DNA of 62,856 nucleotides, from assembly GCA_964522845.1 (NCBI GenBank), contig CAZFZQ010000001.1, positions 6,559 to 69,414 of the forward strand, in the 5' to 3' direction. Both the position numbers and the translations under genes were made by a program. This DNA comes from an uncultured Gammaproteobacteria bacterium (GTDB lineage: Bacteria; Patescibacteriota; Patescibacteriia; GCA-002772895). The notes under the pieces are model-generated. The model saw only the letters and a list, made by a program, of their open reading frames with translations. It was not told the DNA's origin and did not search any database. The stretch's first letter is position 1. Each line of letters opens with the position of its first letter. Below, one piece after another: positions 45,237 through 53,279 of the stretch.

Positions 45237-46847
45237 ATGGAAAAATTACCTAAAAAAGAACAGCCCGAACAAACCGTTAATTATACTGTGGAAGGAATTT
45301 TTGAAACCGAAGACGGCGGAAAATTTGAACGGCGGAAGTATGAATATCGCGATGCCGCGGGCGAAGTTCAGGCCGAAGGCGTAGTGGAATTATTTGAAGG
45401 CGAGGCGGCGATAAGCGAGGAATTAGCGGATGAGAAAAAAAACGGAATAGGCAGAGCGTTAAAGAGTTTTATTTTGAGAAGTAAGCAAGCGGAAGAGGGG
45501 AGCGAAGAATTTGATTTGATGAAAGTTGCCAATTCTCCGGGTGTTAATGTGATAGTTGCCGACCGGCCGCTGAAAAATTATCGTTATGGGGATACGAGCC
45601 GGTGCGTAACATCGCCTCCGCTTGATTCCCCGTTTAATATCGCCATATTGCTTCACGAGCTTGGACATGCCGGGCAATTCGAAGATGGGCGCGAGGCGAA
45701 AAAAACAGGCAGGGAAGAAAGCAAAGTGGAAAAATTTTTGCCTGCCGCTTCGTGGGCAAGGGATTTGAAAGCCGGAAAGCTAACGGCTGACGCAAAAACC
45801 GTTGCGGCAAATATTAAAAAAATTTTTGAAATAGATCCTGACGCGCGGTTGCTCATTCCTCCGGAAACGTTCCAAGCCGCCATAAAAAAATTGCGCGACA
45901 TAGAAGGAAAAATAATGAAAGTTGAAAATGATAAAGCGGGAATAAAAAATGAGCAGGATGAAAAAAAAGAATATCAGAGCTATGCTTTGATTGATGTTAT
46001 CGGCAAAGGAATGAAAGAAAGATTTTTTCCGCTGGATGAAATGATAGAGCGGGTAAAGCGCGAACTTAACGAGGGAGGTTTTGATGATGAGACAGTTATG
46101 CAGGACTGGAAAGCAAGACTGGAAGCCGCAGGAATTTTTTTAAGCCATCAAAAAAAAGAAGCCAAAGAAGAAGAAAAAGAAAAGCATTGGCGTTTTGGAG
46201 AAGAAAGACCCGAGCCGCCGGAACTCGGCGCGGAAGATATAAAAAATTTGCACGACATAAAAACGGTTCTTAAGACAATAAGAAGTTTGCGCTACGATGA
46301 GTCAAAGATAAATTATGAAGGAGGAAAACGGCAAATGACGGTTCGGTTTCCATTGGGACTGGATATCGGCGATAAATTTTCCGCTAACCTGCTATTAGAT
46401 GTTGAACCCGAGGATTTTGCGGATTTTGAAGTAAGAATCAGCGAATTAGAGCAGGAAACGGGTGAATTGGAAAGAAAAAAATCTCCCATTGATGAAAAAA
46501 TAAAAAATTTGGAATCCGAATATCAAAAGGTTTTAGACGAGCTGGAAGGCGTTATCAAATTGCCCGTTAAAGTTGAGGAGCGCGACGCCACTTATCGCGC
46601 TATGCGGTGGCTCACGCAATTAAGAGATAAAAGCGGCATTGACTTTTTGCATAAAGAATTTATTCCGCCAGTCGGAGGTACGCCGAAGAGCGATTGCGGC
46701 GACTCGGTCCGGGGCGGCGTCCACGAATTGTTGGAAAAAGAAAGACCGCATAAGCCGCGGGTGATATTGAAAAAAGCGCTCGGCACATACAAAGCCGAAC
46801 ACCCGCCGCATACGCAGAGTTTTTGGGGGAAGAAGGTAAAAAAATAA
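45231..46847 (+). CDS. hypothetical 538-aa protein with an HExxH motif and coiled-coil, charged regions
   Basis: NIAILLHELGHAGQ motif with E/K-rich stretches. An alternative start lies at 45237. Confidence 0.55.
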   Translation: MNMEKLPKKEQPEQTVNYTVEGIFETEDGGKFERRKYEYRDAAGEVQAEGVVELFEGEAAISEELADEKKNGIGRALKSFILRSKQAEEGSEEFDLMKVANSPGVNVIVADRPLKNYRYGDTSRCVTSPPLDSPFNIAILLHELGHAGQFEDGREAKKTGREESKVEKFLPAASWARDLKAGKLTADAKTVAANIKKIFEIDPDARLLIPPETFQAAIKKLRDIEGKIMKVENDKAGIKNEQDEKKEYQSYALIDVIGKGMKERFFPLDEMIERVKRELNEGGFDDETVMQDWKARLEAAGIFLSHQKKEAKEEEKEKHWRFGEERPEPPELGAEDIKNLHDIKTVLKTIRSLRYDESKINYEGGKRQMTVRFPLGLDIGDKFSANLLLDVEPEDFADFEVRISELEQETGELERKKSPIDEKIKNLESEYQKVLDELEGVIKLPVKVEERDATYRAMRWLTQLRDKSGIDFLHKEFIPPVGGTPKSDCGDSVRGGVHELLEKERPHKPRVILKKALGTYKAEHPPHTQSFWGKKVKK

Positions 46848-46875
46848 TTTGAGGTTTATTAAACAATTTTAAAAT
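46839..46875 (+). repeat. decayed duplicate of the pheS 3' end
   Basis: AAAAATAATTTGAGGTTTATTAAACAATTTTAA here versus AAAAATGATTTGAGGTTTATCAGGCAGTTTTGA at 45152-45184. All differences are G/C to A/T transitions. Confidence 0.6.
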
Positions 46876-46888
46876 TAATTTTTTGAAT

Positions 46889-47368
46889 ATGTCCAAACAA
46901 GAACAAGTGCCAACAATGTCCGACGAAGAAATGGCGCAGAGAGAAAAAGAAGCTGCGCAATTATTATCGCCAGAGGATGAATTAGACCCTGAAAAACAAG
47001 AAATGCGCGGAAGATTCTTAGAATCTTTAAAGCGCGGCAGCATTCAAGAGTTGAAAAAGTTTTTATATCATCGCGGAACAGACCGGTATGATTTTATAGA
47101 TTTTGAAAATCCCGAAGTTATGGAGGCGGCACAGATCGGCCTTGAATACGTGAAAGAAAACGAACATAAATTGGGATTGAGCCGCACGCTTGATTTTATA
47201 AAAATGATGAAAGAAGAGGGGATTGAAGAAGAGAACGAAGAAGAAAAGACGGAAAGAATCGGCGATATAAGAGCGGAAATAAAAGGCAGTGGTGAAGAGA
47301 ATAGTTTAGATTCTGAAAAAACTAAAAAAGCGGCTAGAAAATGGAAAGCCAGAAGAGGATTGCGTTAA
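46889..47368 (+). CDS. acidic hypothetical protein (159 aa)
   Basis: ATG at 46889 (MSKQEQV). E/K-rich with no recognisable motif. Confidence 0.5.
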   Translation: MSKQEQVPTMSDEEMAQREKEAAQLLSPEDELDPEKQEMRGRFLESLKRGSIQELKKFLYHRGTDRYDFIDFENPEVMEAAQIGLEYVKENEHKLGLSRTLDFIKMMKEEGIEEENEEEKTERIGDIRAEIKGSGEENSLDSEKTKKAARKWKARRGLR

Positions 47369-47385
47369 AAAAATTATAAATTTAT

Positions 47386-47706
47386 ATGCGCTGGATTTTA
47401 CCTTTATCGCTTTTGATTGTTTTTGAAATTATTGCGGATATTTTCGCCAAAGAGTATTCAATCCACGGAACATGGTTGAGGTGGCTTGCGGCAATTAGCG
47501 CATATGTGATTGCCAATATTTTTTGGCTTATAGCCATTCGGCATGGCTCCGGTTTAGCGCGAGGCGCGATAATTTTTTCTGTCTCGTCCGCAGTTATTGC
47601 CGTTGTCCTGGGGCTGCTTTTGTATAAAGAGCAAGTGGGCAAAGCACAAATTGCAGGCGCAGTTTTAGGTATTATTTCCTTAATTTTGATATTTTGGAAC
47701 GATTAA
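47386..47706 (+). CDS. 4-TM SMR/DMT-like small membrane transporter (EmrE/ArnE-like)
   Basis: 106 aa with four hydrophobic helices and a conserved Glu in TM1 (FEIIADIFAK). Confidence 0.6.
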   Translation: MRWILPLSLLIVFEIIADIFAKEYSIHGTWLRWLAAISAYVIANIFWLIAIRHGSGLARGAIIFSVSSAVIAVVLGLLLYKEQVGKAQIAGAVLGIISLILIFWND

Positions 47707-47710
47707 TTTT

Positions 47711-47752
47711 ATGAACATTCTTGTTTCCTACAATTGGCTGAAAATAAAATGA
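47711..47752 (+). repeat. displaced duplicate of the pheT 5' end (13 codons then a stop)
   Basis: ATGAACATTCTTGTTTCCTACAATTGGCTGAA matches 49360-49391 with 1 mismatch. Confidence 0.8.
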
Positions 47753-47756
47753 TATT

Positions 47757-48098
47757 ATGCCGATAAAAATTATAAAAGATAAAATTACTTTGGATGAGTT
47801 AAAAATTTTAGCCAAAGAACGCTACGGCGATATGGTTAAAGTGGTTTTAGATATTGAAAAAGAAATTATGGCCGCCGGTGCAGAAATGCATGTTGATGAA
47901 GAACAGCTTTTGCTGGAGAACGGATCAGAGCAGAAAAATTTATGGGGTATAAATTTGTATCCGGATGGAAAAGAGTTTGTAGAGTTTGATTCAATGATAA
48001 ACATCAGGCCTTGGCAGCATAATCGTTCGCGGGGAGTGGAAGATAAAGATACGCAAAATAAAATCAAAAAAATTATTGATAAATTAGTTGATAAATAA
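47757..48098 (+). CDS. small conserved-looking hypothetical protein (113 aa)
   Basis: Open frame, with a 1-nt gap to the next small ORF. No catalytic motif recognised. Confidence 0.55.
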   Translation: MPIKIIKDKITLDELKILAKERYGDMVKVVLDIEKEIMAAGAEMHVDEEQLLLENGSEQKNLWGINLYPDGKEFVEFDSMINIRPWQHNRSRGVEDKDTQNKIKKIIDKLVDK

Positions 48099-48099
48099 C

Positions 48100-48429
48100 A
48101 TGGAATATAACTTTCAACATAAGGAGCTCGCCGCCGGCCGATGGAAAAAATTTACTTTTGCTGAACAGATGGGGAATATCGGCAGTGAAGTAAGCCGAGC
48201 AATAAAGTGGCGCGGGCGAGAAGAAAAATATTTTAATAATGCAGTTGATCGCGCGCTGGAGTTGATTGATTTAACGATTGCCGACCGGCGCTGGAGAAGC
48301 CGACTAAAAGAAATTTTACTTTTGCGAGAGGTTTTGTGCGACATTGTCTTTGGCGAGAAACAATATAAAACCGATTTGGTGGATTTAGATAAATATTTAT
48401 TTAATTTCGCGGTTCTGGCGCGCAGATAA
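48100..48429 (+). CDS. small all-helical hypothetical protein (109 aa)
   Basis: ATG at 48100 (MEYNF). The AEQMGNIGSEVSRAI segment vaguely resembles MazG-like helical NTP-PPases (weak). Confidence 0.5.
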   Translation: MEYNFQHKELAAGRWKKFTFAEQMGNIGSEVSRAIKWRGREEKYFNNAVDRALELIDLTIADRRWRSRLKEILLLREVLCDIVFGEKQYKTDLVDLDKYLFNFAVLARR

Positions 48430-48436
48430 GTTTAAT

Positions 48437-49363
48437 ATGTTGAAAAGTTTATTCAACAAATTGATAGAATCTTACATTTTCGTTTTGTTGACGGCTCTTT
48501 TGGTCGGCATAATTTTTTCAAAGTACGCGGTTAAGGTTGCGCCGTATAATACGATTTTTTTGGGAATAATTTTTTTCTTCAGCGCGCTCAAGATTGACTT
48601 GAAAGAGGTTGCGGGATATCTTAAGGATAAAAAGATGATTGTCGTAGTTAATTTGTTCATGTTGTTCTTTTTACCTATTATCGTTTATTATCTGACACTC
48701 GGGGTCTATCCGGATTTGGCAATTGCATTTTTGATTTTAGCCGCCATGCCCTGCGGTATGACAACTCCGCTTTTATCGGAAATATGCGGAGGCCGGCAAG
48801 GTCTTGCCCTGGTCTTAGTTGTTACAACATCGCTTTTAGCTCCGTTTACCGCGCCTTTGGTAATTAAATTGGTTGCGGGAACGGCCGTTACGGTTAGTTT
48901 TTACACAATGTTCCTTTCTTTGGCAAAAGTTATTTTTATCCCTTTTGTTCTGGCCAACATCATAAAATTTTTCTGGCATCATAGGATAAAGGCGACTTAT
49001 TTTACTTTTAAGCCGATTTCCATAATTTTTCTCGCGCTTTTGATTATGGGCACGGTGGCGCAAAAAGCCGCCGTAATAATGAACGGATTGCAGGGAAAAT
49101 TTTTGATTTATGTTGTTTTGCTTTTTGCGCTGTTTGTGGTTTTGCACTTTTTTGGATATTTCACCATTTTTTGGCGCGAGAAAAAAGACAGGGTGACGGT
49201 TACGATTTGTCTCACATATATGAATTTTACTCTGGCAATATATCTTGCGGGTAATTTCTTTAATGAACCGAATGTTATCGTGCCGGTTGTACTTTCCATT
49301 TTACCCTGGTCGCTAATGATACTCCCGTTCAAATATTTAATGAAAAAATATAAATTTATATGA
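48437..49363 (+). CDS. 9-10 TM transporter, bile acid:Na+ symporter (BASS)/ACR3-like
   Basis: 308 aa, polytopic. The family assignment is from overall topology and length only. Its stop overlaps the pheT ATG. Confidence 0.5.
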   Translation: MLKSLFNKLIESYIFVLLTALLVGIIFSKYAVKVAPYNTIFLGIIFFFSALKIDLKEVAGYLKDKKMIVVVNLFMLFFLPIIVYYLTLGVYPDLAIAFLILAAMPCGMTTPLLSEICGGRQGLALVLVVTTSLLAPFTAPLVIKLVAGTAVTVSFYTMFLSLAKVIFIPFVLANIIKFFWHHRIKATYFTFKPISIIFLALLIMGTVAQKAAVIMNGLQGKFLIYVVLLFALFVVLHFFGYFTIFWREKKDRVTVTICLTYMNFTLAIYLAGNFFNEPNVIVPVVLSILPWSLMILPFKYLMKKYKFI

Positions 49364-51927
49364 ACATTCTTGTTTCCTACAATTGGTTGAAGGAATATCT
49401 GAAAACCGACTTGCCGCCGGAAGAATTTGCGGCCAAAGTTTCGCTTTGCGGGCCGTCGGTGGAGCGTATCCATCATCAGGGAACTGATTTGGATAAAATT
49501 GTTGTGGGAAAAATTTTGGGAGTGGAAAAACATCCTAATGCTGATAAATTGCGTTTGGTAGAAGTTGATATCGGCCCCACTTCGCCAAGGCTTCGCGGGA
49601 CAAGCCATAAACTCAAAGTGGTTTGTGGCGGGTCAAATTTGCAGGGCGGGATGAAAGTGGCGGTGGCGCTTTCCGGCGCAAAAATAAAATGGCACGGAGA
49701 AGGGGAGCTTGTGGAATTGAAACCAACAGAAATCCGCGGCGTGAAAAGCGAGGGAATGATCTGCGCGGCCGAAGAAATCGGGCTTGGCGCCGAGTTTCCA
49801 AAAAAAGATGAAAAAGAAATTTTAGATTTGTCGGATTTGTACGCGAAGCCGGGCACGCCCGGTAGTGAAACTTTGGTTCGCCGCTCTGGCGGCGCAAGAT
49901 TGGAATCTACCAAAGTTCTACTACCGGGCACGCCGCTTGCGGAAGCATTAAATTTGAAAGATGTTGTTTTTGATATTGAAGTGACAACCAACCGGCCGGA
50001 CATGATGTCAATTTTGGGAATTGCGCGCGAGGCGGGAACGATTTTGAAATCGCCGTTTACGATGCCGAAAATTGCGTCGCTAAAAGGTAGGGATGGCGGC
50101 GTTTCTTTGAAGGTAAAAAATGAAGAGCCGGAATTGTGCTATCGCTATCAGGCAATTGTGATAGAAGGCGTAAAAATAAAAAATTCTCCATGGTGGCTGA
50201 AACAAAAATTGGCCGCCGCGGGTACGCGCTCAATAAATAATGTCGTGGATATTACTAATTTTGTTTTGTGGGAAATGGGTCAGCCGCTGCACGCTTTTGA
50301 TTATGAAAAATTGGAAGGGAAAAATATTATTATCCGCAAGGCAAAAAAGGGCGAAAAAATAAAAGCGCTGGATGGATTGGATTATAAATTAAAAGAAGAA
50401 ATGCTCGTGATTGCCGACGGCAAAAAACCCGTGGCCATTGCCGGTGTTATGGGCGGAGAGGCGACGGGCGTGACGGATGGCACGCACACGATTGTGCTGG
50501 AAGCCGCGACTTTTGACCCCGTGTCCGTTCGCAGGACTTCGCGAGCTCTAAATTTGCGTAGCGATTCATCTAATCTATTTGAAAAAGGATTATCCACCGA
50601 GGCAACTAGCGTTGCTTTGGCGCGGGCGGCGGAACTGGTGATTCAACTTGCTGGCGGAGGAATTGCGAGCAAAGTTTTTGATTTGCGTGAAAAAGATTTT
50701 AAACCAAATGCCGTGGTCATGTCCGTGGAAAAAGCCAATAAAATAATGGGCATAGAGTTGGAGGCCGAGGCAATGGCGGATATTTTGAAACGGCTGGGAT
50801 TTGCCGTGAGCGTTAAAGGTAATGAGATAAAAGCCAAAGCGCCCTATTGGCGCGAAAATGATATGGAGATAGAAGAGGACTTGATTGAAGAAATAGCGCG
50901 GGTTTACGGCTACCATCGGTTGCCGTCCGTGCTTCCGGCCGGATCTCCTCCTTTTGGAAAAGGGAGGGACGGAGGGATGTTCCAATGGGAAAAAACCGCC
51001 AAACAGCTCGCTGCATCCGCGGGCTATGACGAAATTATTTCTTATGGAATGATTAGCAAAGGCATGATGGACGCGGCGGGCGAAAAAGACGCCATAAAGA
51101 TCGCCAATCCATTATCGGTGGATTTGGAATATATGCGCACCTGTCTTATGCCCGGACTTTTGCAAGCTGTGGCGCAAAATGAAAATAATTTTCCATCTGC
51201 AAAAATTTTTGAACTTTCCCGCGTTTACACGCCCGCCAAAAAAGGCGTCCGCCAGCTGGCGGATTTGCCGAAAGAAGAATTGCATTTTGCGGGGATAAAT
51301 TATGGCAAGTCGTCCAAGGGTGAATTATTTTATGAAGCCAAGGGTTTTGCGGAAATGATTTTGGAAAAATTTGGCATTTTTTCGTCTGTCATTCCCGCGG
51401 AGGCGGGAATCCAGTTCCATGAATCCGACGATAAAAATTTTCATCCCGCGCGCTCCGTTGATATATATTTCAAAAAAGATTGGATTGGCGCTTATGGCGA
51501 AGTGCACCCCATAACGGCTAAAAATTTTGGCCTATCCTGCGAAGCCGGACTTTTCTATTTTGATTTTGACGCCCTGCTCGCTCATGCCAAATCGCACAAA
51601 GCATACGCGCCCATTCCGGAATTTCCGGGCGTGAAGCGCGACATTTCTTTTATTGTTGATAAAAAAATGGAATACGAAAAAATAAAACAAACCGTGGCGT
51701 CGGCCCACGCGCTCGTCGCCGAAGTGGAGCCGTTTGATGTGTATGAACCATCCTTCGCTAAAGCTTCGGATGGCAGGGGGCAAATTCCTATGGGTAAGAA
51801 AAGTATTGCGCTTCATATTCTTTTCCAATCTGCCAATCGCACATTGGAAGCCAAAGAAGCGGACGAGGCATTTGAAAAAATAGTTTCCGCATTGAAAAAG
51901 GATTTTGGCGCGGAAATCAGAATGTGA
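49360..51927 (+). CDS. pheT: phenylalanine--tRNA ligase beta subunit
   Basis: MNILVSYNWLKEYL start, tRNA-binding domain, B3/4 and B5 regions, TTNRPD. 855 aa including several repeat-derived insertions. Confidence 0.95.
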   Translation: MNILVSYNWLKEYLKTDLPPEEFAAKVSLCGPSVERIHHQGTDLDKIVVGKILGVEKHPNADKLRLVEVDIGPTSPRLRGTSHKLKVVCGGSNLQGGMKVAVALSGAKIKWHGEGELVELKPTEIRGVKSEGMICAAEEIGLGAEFPKKDEKEILDLSDLYAKPGTPGSETLVRRSGGARLESTKVLLPGTPLAEALNLKDVVFDIEVTTNRPDMMSILGIAREAGTILKSPFTMPKIASLKGRDGGVSLKVKNEEPELCYRYQAIVIEGVKIKNSPWWLKQKLAAAGTRSINNVVDITNFVLWEMGQPLHAFDYEKLEGKNIIIRKAKKGEKIKALDGLDYKLKEEMLVIADGKKPVAIAGVMGGEATGVTDGTHTIVLEAATFDPVSVRRTSRALNLRSDSSNLFEKGLSTEATSVALARAAELVIQLAGGGIASKVFDLREKDFKPNAVVMSVEKANKIMGIELEAEAMADILKRLGFAVSVKGNEIKAKAPYWRENDMEIEEDLIEEIARVYGYHRLPSVLPAGSPPFGKGRDGGMFQWEKTAKQLAASAGYDEIISYGMISKGMMDAAGEKDAIKIANPLSVDLEYMRTCLMPGLLQAVAQNENNFPSAKIFELSRVYTPAKKGVRQLADLPKEELHFAGINYGKSSKGELFYEAKGFAEMILEKFGIFSSVIPAEAGIQFHESDDKNFHPARSVDIYFKKDWIGAYGEVHPITAKNFGLSCEAGLFYFDFDALLAHAKSHKAYAPIPEFPGVKRDISFIVDKKMEYEKIKQTVASAHALVAEVEPFDVYEPSFAKASDGRGQIPMGKKSIALHILFQSANRTLEAKEADEAFEKIVSALKKDFGAEIRM
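49858..49928. mobile_element. 71-bp TIR element inserted in frame in pheT (75 nt with the duplicated CACG)
   Basis: CCCGGTAGTGAAACTTTGG (49858-76) and CCAAAGTTCTACTACCGGG (49910-28). CACG flanks it at 49854-57 and 49929-32. It encodes PGSETLVRRSGGARLESTKVLLPGT. Confidence 0.55.
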
Positions 51928-51939
51928 TATAATTAATTT

Positions 51940-52224
51940 ATGTATCCGGAGGACATACTAAATTACATATTAGCCGGTTCCATCGCCATACTGACGATAA
52001 TGTTGGCGGTTTTATTGTTTTATCTTATTTCCATCGCCCGCAATGTCCGCTGGTTTGTAAAAGGCGCCAAAGACAAAGTGGAAAAAATTACTGACGGCAT
52101 TGATTTTATTAAAGATAAGATAGGGCACAGCGCCTCTCAGCTTGGTTTTATCGCCCAAGCCGTGGAACGCCTGATTGGCTCTTTTGTCACTTCCAGCCCG
52201 GGAAAGAAGAAAAAAAAGAAATGA
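51940..52224 (+). CDS. small membrane-anchored protein with a poly-Lys tail
   Basis: 94 aa with one N-terminal TM helix, then a helical region and GKKKKKK at the C-terminus. Confidence 0.5.
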   Translation: MYPEDILNYILAGSIAILTIMLAVLLFYLISIARNVRWFVKGAKDKVEKITDGIDFIKDKIGHSASQLGFIAQAVERLIGSFVTSSPGKKKKKK

Positions 52225-52230
52225 CATTTC

Positions 52231-52264
52231 TGTGTCATCCCGGACTACGATCCGGGATCCAGTT
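52231..52264 (+). repeat. palindromic repeat TGTCATCCCGGA..TCCGGGATCCAGTT
   Basis: 8-bp stem ATCCCGGA/TCCGGGAT. The same family is copied inside pheT at 51385-51416. Confidence 0.65.
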
Positions 52265-52265
52265 T

Positions 52266-52284
52266 CCGCCATGGGCGGTTTTTT
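52266..52284 (+). terminator. rho-independent terminator
   Basis: CCGCC-ATG-GGCGG followed by T6. Confidence 0.65.
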
Positions 52285-52288
52285 GATG

Positions 52289-52316
52289 CAAAAAAAATCA
52301 GCGGGGCGGCGCTGAT
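52289..52316 (-). terminator. rho-independent terminator for the minus-strand gene pair
   Basis: ATCAGCG-GGGCGG-CGCTGAT, with an A8 run on the + strand that reads as a T-run on the - strand. Confidence 0.6.
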
Positions 52317-52376
52317 TTGAATTAGTATTTGTGGTGATCCTAAGAAAGAAAATTTTCCATGTTATCGGCTATTGGG

Positions 52377-52691
52377 TCATCGCAATCCAGAATATAAGTT
52401 CAGCCCTTCCAGAATAAATATGTGGCCGATCAATAGCAACGCGGAGATATAATAGATGGGATTTACGAACCCTTCCATCACATTTTCCGGCGTAATTATT
52501 TGGCTCTCGGCAAGTTCTTGGATGCCCCGCGCAATTTCCGCCAGATCGCCAAAAATGAATTGTATTTTTTCGGCAGCGAGCAACATCGTTTTATCTAAAA
52601 GATGAGCCACTCCTGATAGCGCCAGCAACGTTAGCGCTATGCCCAGAACGGATATGGCTAAGCCGAAAATGATTTGCAGCGCGCGGCGCAT
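52377..52691 (-). CDS. small membrane protein (104 aa)
   Basis: Two or three hydrophobic segments. Supported only by the open frame. Confidence 0.45.
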   Translation of the reverse strand: MRRALQIIFGLAISVLGIALTLLALSGVAHLLDKTMLLAAEKIQFIFGDLAEIARGIQELAESQIITPENVMEGFVNPIYYISALLLIGHIFILEGLNLYSGLR

Positions 52692-52776
52692 GTTTTCCTC
52701 TCCTTTTGCTACTTAATGTAGCAGAAAAAATGATGATTGTCAAATATAAAAAAAACAGAGCAATTGGGCCCTGTGT

Positions 52777-53160
52777 TTAGTATTTTTCGCATTGTAGAAT
52801 GAGCCTGGAGAGTTTTTCCGATAATTCCGGAGAAAGATTTTTCGGATCCACCCGTTTAAGGCATACTTGGGCGGCGAGAACATCGGCGGCGGTAAGATAA
52901 TGGTCTACGGAAGAAATGCCGGATAGGAGGCCTTTGGCAGCCCGCAGATTAACGTCCTGGAATTCCGTCCGCAGTTCGGCATCCTCCAAAGTCTGCGGTT
53001 TATGAAAAAGAGCATCAACTTCTTTTATCCATCCGCTCCAACCGTCTTGTGATTCTATAAGACATCGCCAGATCGCTTCTTTGTAATCCCTCTGCGCGAT
53101 TAAGCCACGCGCCTCTCTTATCAAAAATCCTATGTAATTATAGAGCCCTTCTTTTGTCAT
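52777..53160 (-). CDS. hypothetical helical protein (127 aa)
   Basis: Open frame upstream of the small membrane protein on the same strand. Confidence 0.45.
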   Translation of the reverse strand: MTKEGLYNYIGFLIREARGLIAQRDYKEAIWRCLIESQDGWSGWIKEVDALFHKPQTLEDAELRTEFQDVNLRAAKGLLSGISSVDHYLTAADVLAAQVCLKRVDPKNLSPELSEKLSRLILQCEKY

Positions 53161-53279
53161 TTTTTTTCTCCGCCTGCGATAAATATAGTGTCGCAGTATT
53201 TTTTGCGCTTGTCAAACAACATTTGATTATATTTTAAAAATATGATAAGAATAAGTCAGCCCTTTGACAGGAGAAAAAC

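Noticed and set aside
49858-49932. The 25-aa PheT insertion, considered as a mini-intein or intron.
   Set aside because: It is far too short for an intein and has no Cys/Ser/Thr...His-Asn junction residues. Its terminal inverted repeats and flanking duplication point to a DNA element.
52204-52221. The A-rich run encoding a KKKKKK tail, considered as a frameshift or phase-variation site.
   Set aside because: It lies in the last 7 codons before the stop, so slippage would barely change the product. A-runs are also common in this AT-rich DNA.
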